A stretch of DNA of 64,000 nucleotides from Squalus acanthias (lineage: Eukaryota): positions 108,688,001 to 108,752,000 of the forward strand of contig CM059432.1 in the NCBI GenBank assembly GCA_030390025.1. The letters run 5' to 3'. The notes under the pieces are model-generated. The model was given only the letters and a program-made list of their open reading frames with translations. It was not told where the DNA came from and searched no databases. Position numbers and translations under genes: made by a program. This document shows positions 63,085-64,000 of the stretch, piece by piece (the stretch's first letter is position 1; each line of letters starts with the position of its first letter).

Positions 63085-63440
63085 ATTTGTTTATAGGATG
63101 TGGGCGTCGCTGGCAAGGCCAGCATTTATTGCCCATCCCTAATTGCCTTGAGAAGGTGGTGGTGAGCTGCCTTCTTGAACCGCTGCAGTCCATATGGTGA
63201 AGGTACTCCCACAGTGCTGTTAGGTAGGGAGTTCCAGGATTTTGACCCAGCGACGATGAAGGATCGGCGATATACTTCTAAGTCAGGATGGTGTGTGACT
63301 TGGAGGAGTACTTGGAGGTGGTGGTGTTCCCATGCGTCTGCTGCCCTTGTCCTTCTAGGTGGAAGAGGTCGCGGGTTTGGGAGGTGCTGCCGAAGAAGCC
63401 TTGGCGAGTTGCTGCAGTGCGTCTTGTAGATGGTACACAC
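63085..63440 (-). mobile_element. LINE 3' fragment (second lineage) within an older CR1 remnant (~62660-63630)
   Basis: Near-identical to 37700-38050. Confidence 0.88.
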
Positions 63441-64000
63441 CTTGATGGAGGCATTCTCTTAATGCTCTTCTTTTACAAAGAAAACAAGGCCAGCTTCCTT
63501 AACATATAATCCTGATACCCAGAATCATCTTTTTTGCTTGTCTTCATGCCCTCTAAAGGACAATAATACTCTTGCTATTGACTAGGTGACCAGAACTGCA
63601 CATACTACTCCAGATTGGGTCTGACCAGTGTCAACAAGGCTGTTTCCTCAGGATTGGGTTCAGCAGCCCTGGATGATGACCAGATCTGCGAAGATAAAGA
63701 AGGATACTACTCCATTAAATATTTTGGACTACTCATGCATTGGAAACAAAGATTCCAGAGAGGTAGAATCATTTTTGCAGTCTAAGTACAGCAGAGGAAT
63801 ATGGATATGGGGCCGATTCCATGTGCTTGCACACTGCTGCACTACAATTCTTTTCACAAGATCACAAGATAAGTACAGACGAGAAAGGTCATTCTGCACA
63901 ATTTAGCTCACCCATCCAGAAGGAGAAACCTGTAGTTCTCCATCATAGTATCAACTGGTTCTTGAGCGACTCTAAGGTTTTCACCTCTGATACTTCACCG

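Noticed and set aside
63628..63906. Possible host exon
   Set aside because: No recognisable protein motif in the frames examined and no convincing splice-site pair.

Overview
Repeat-dense eukaryotic DNA, most likely from a cartilaginous fish (inferred from the Deu-domain SINEs, CR1/L2 LINEs and Penelope-like elements). I could not support any host protein-coding gene. The window is dominated by PIF/Harbinger DNA transposons. There are six two-gene-type copies in two subfamilies, each built from a HARBI1-like DDE transposase and a convergent three-exon Myb/SANT (trihelix) gene, plus at least nine non-autonomous MITE-like copies with matching short TIRs and, where readable, 3-bp target duplications. 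One copy (51361-53832) has perfect 13-bp TIRs and an almost intact transposase. A 12-kb array of a 29-bp C-rich unit (about 5654-17700) has expanded inside one MITE, and an unexpanded sister copy lies at about 44200-44918. The long repetitive ORFs over the array are artefacts. Other notable items: minimal hammerhead-ribozyme motifs in Penelope-like termini, a hairpin-rich MITE family carrying promoter-like motifs and conserved splice donors, and deeply nested insertion stacks. All coordinates were read by eye; element edges without a TSD are approximate.
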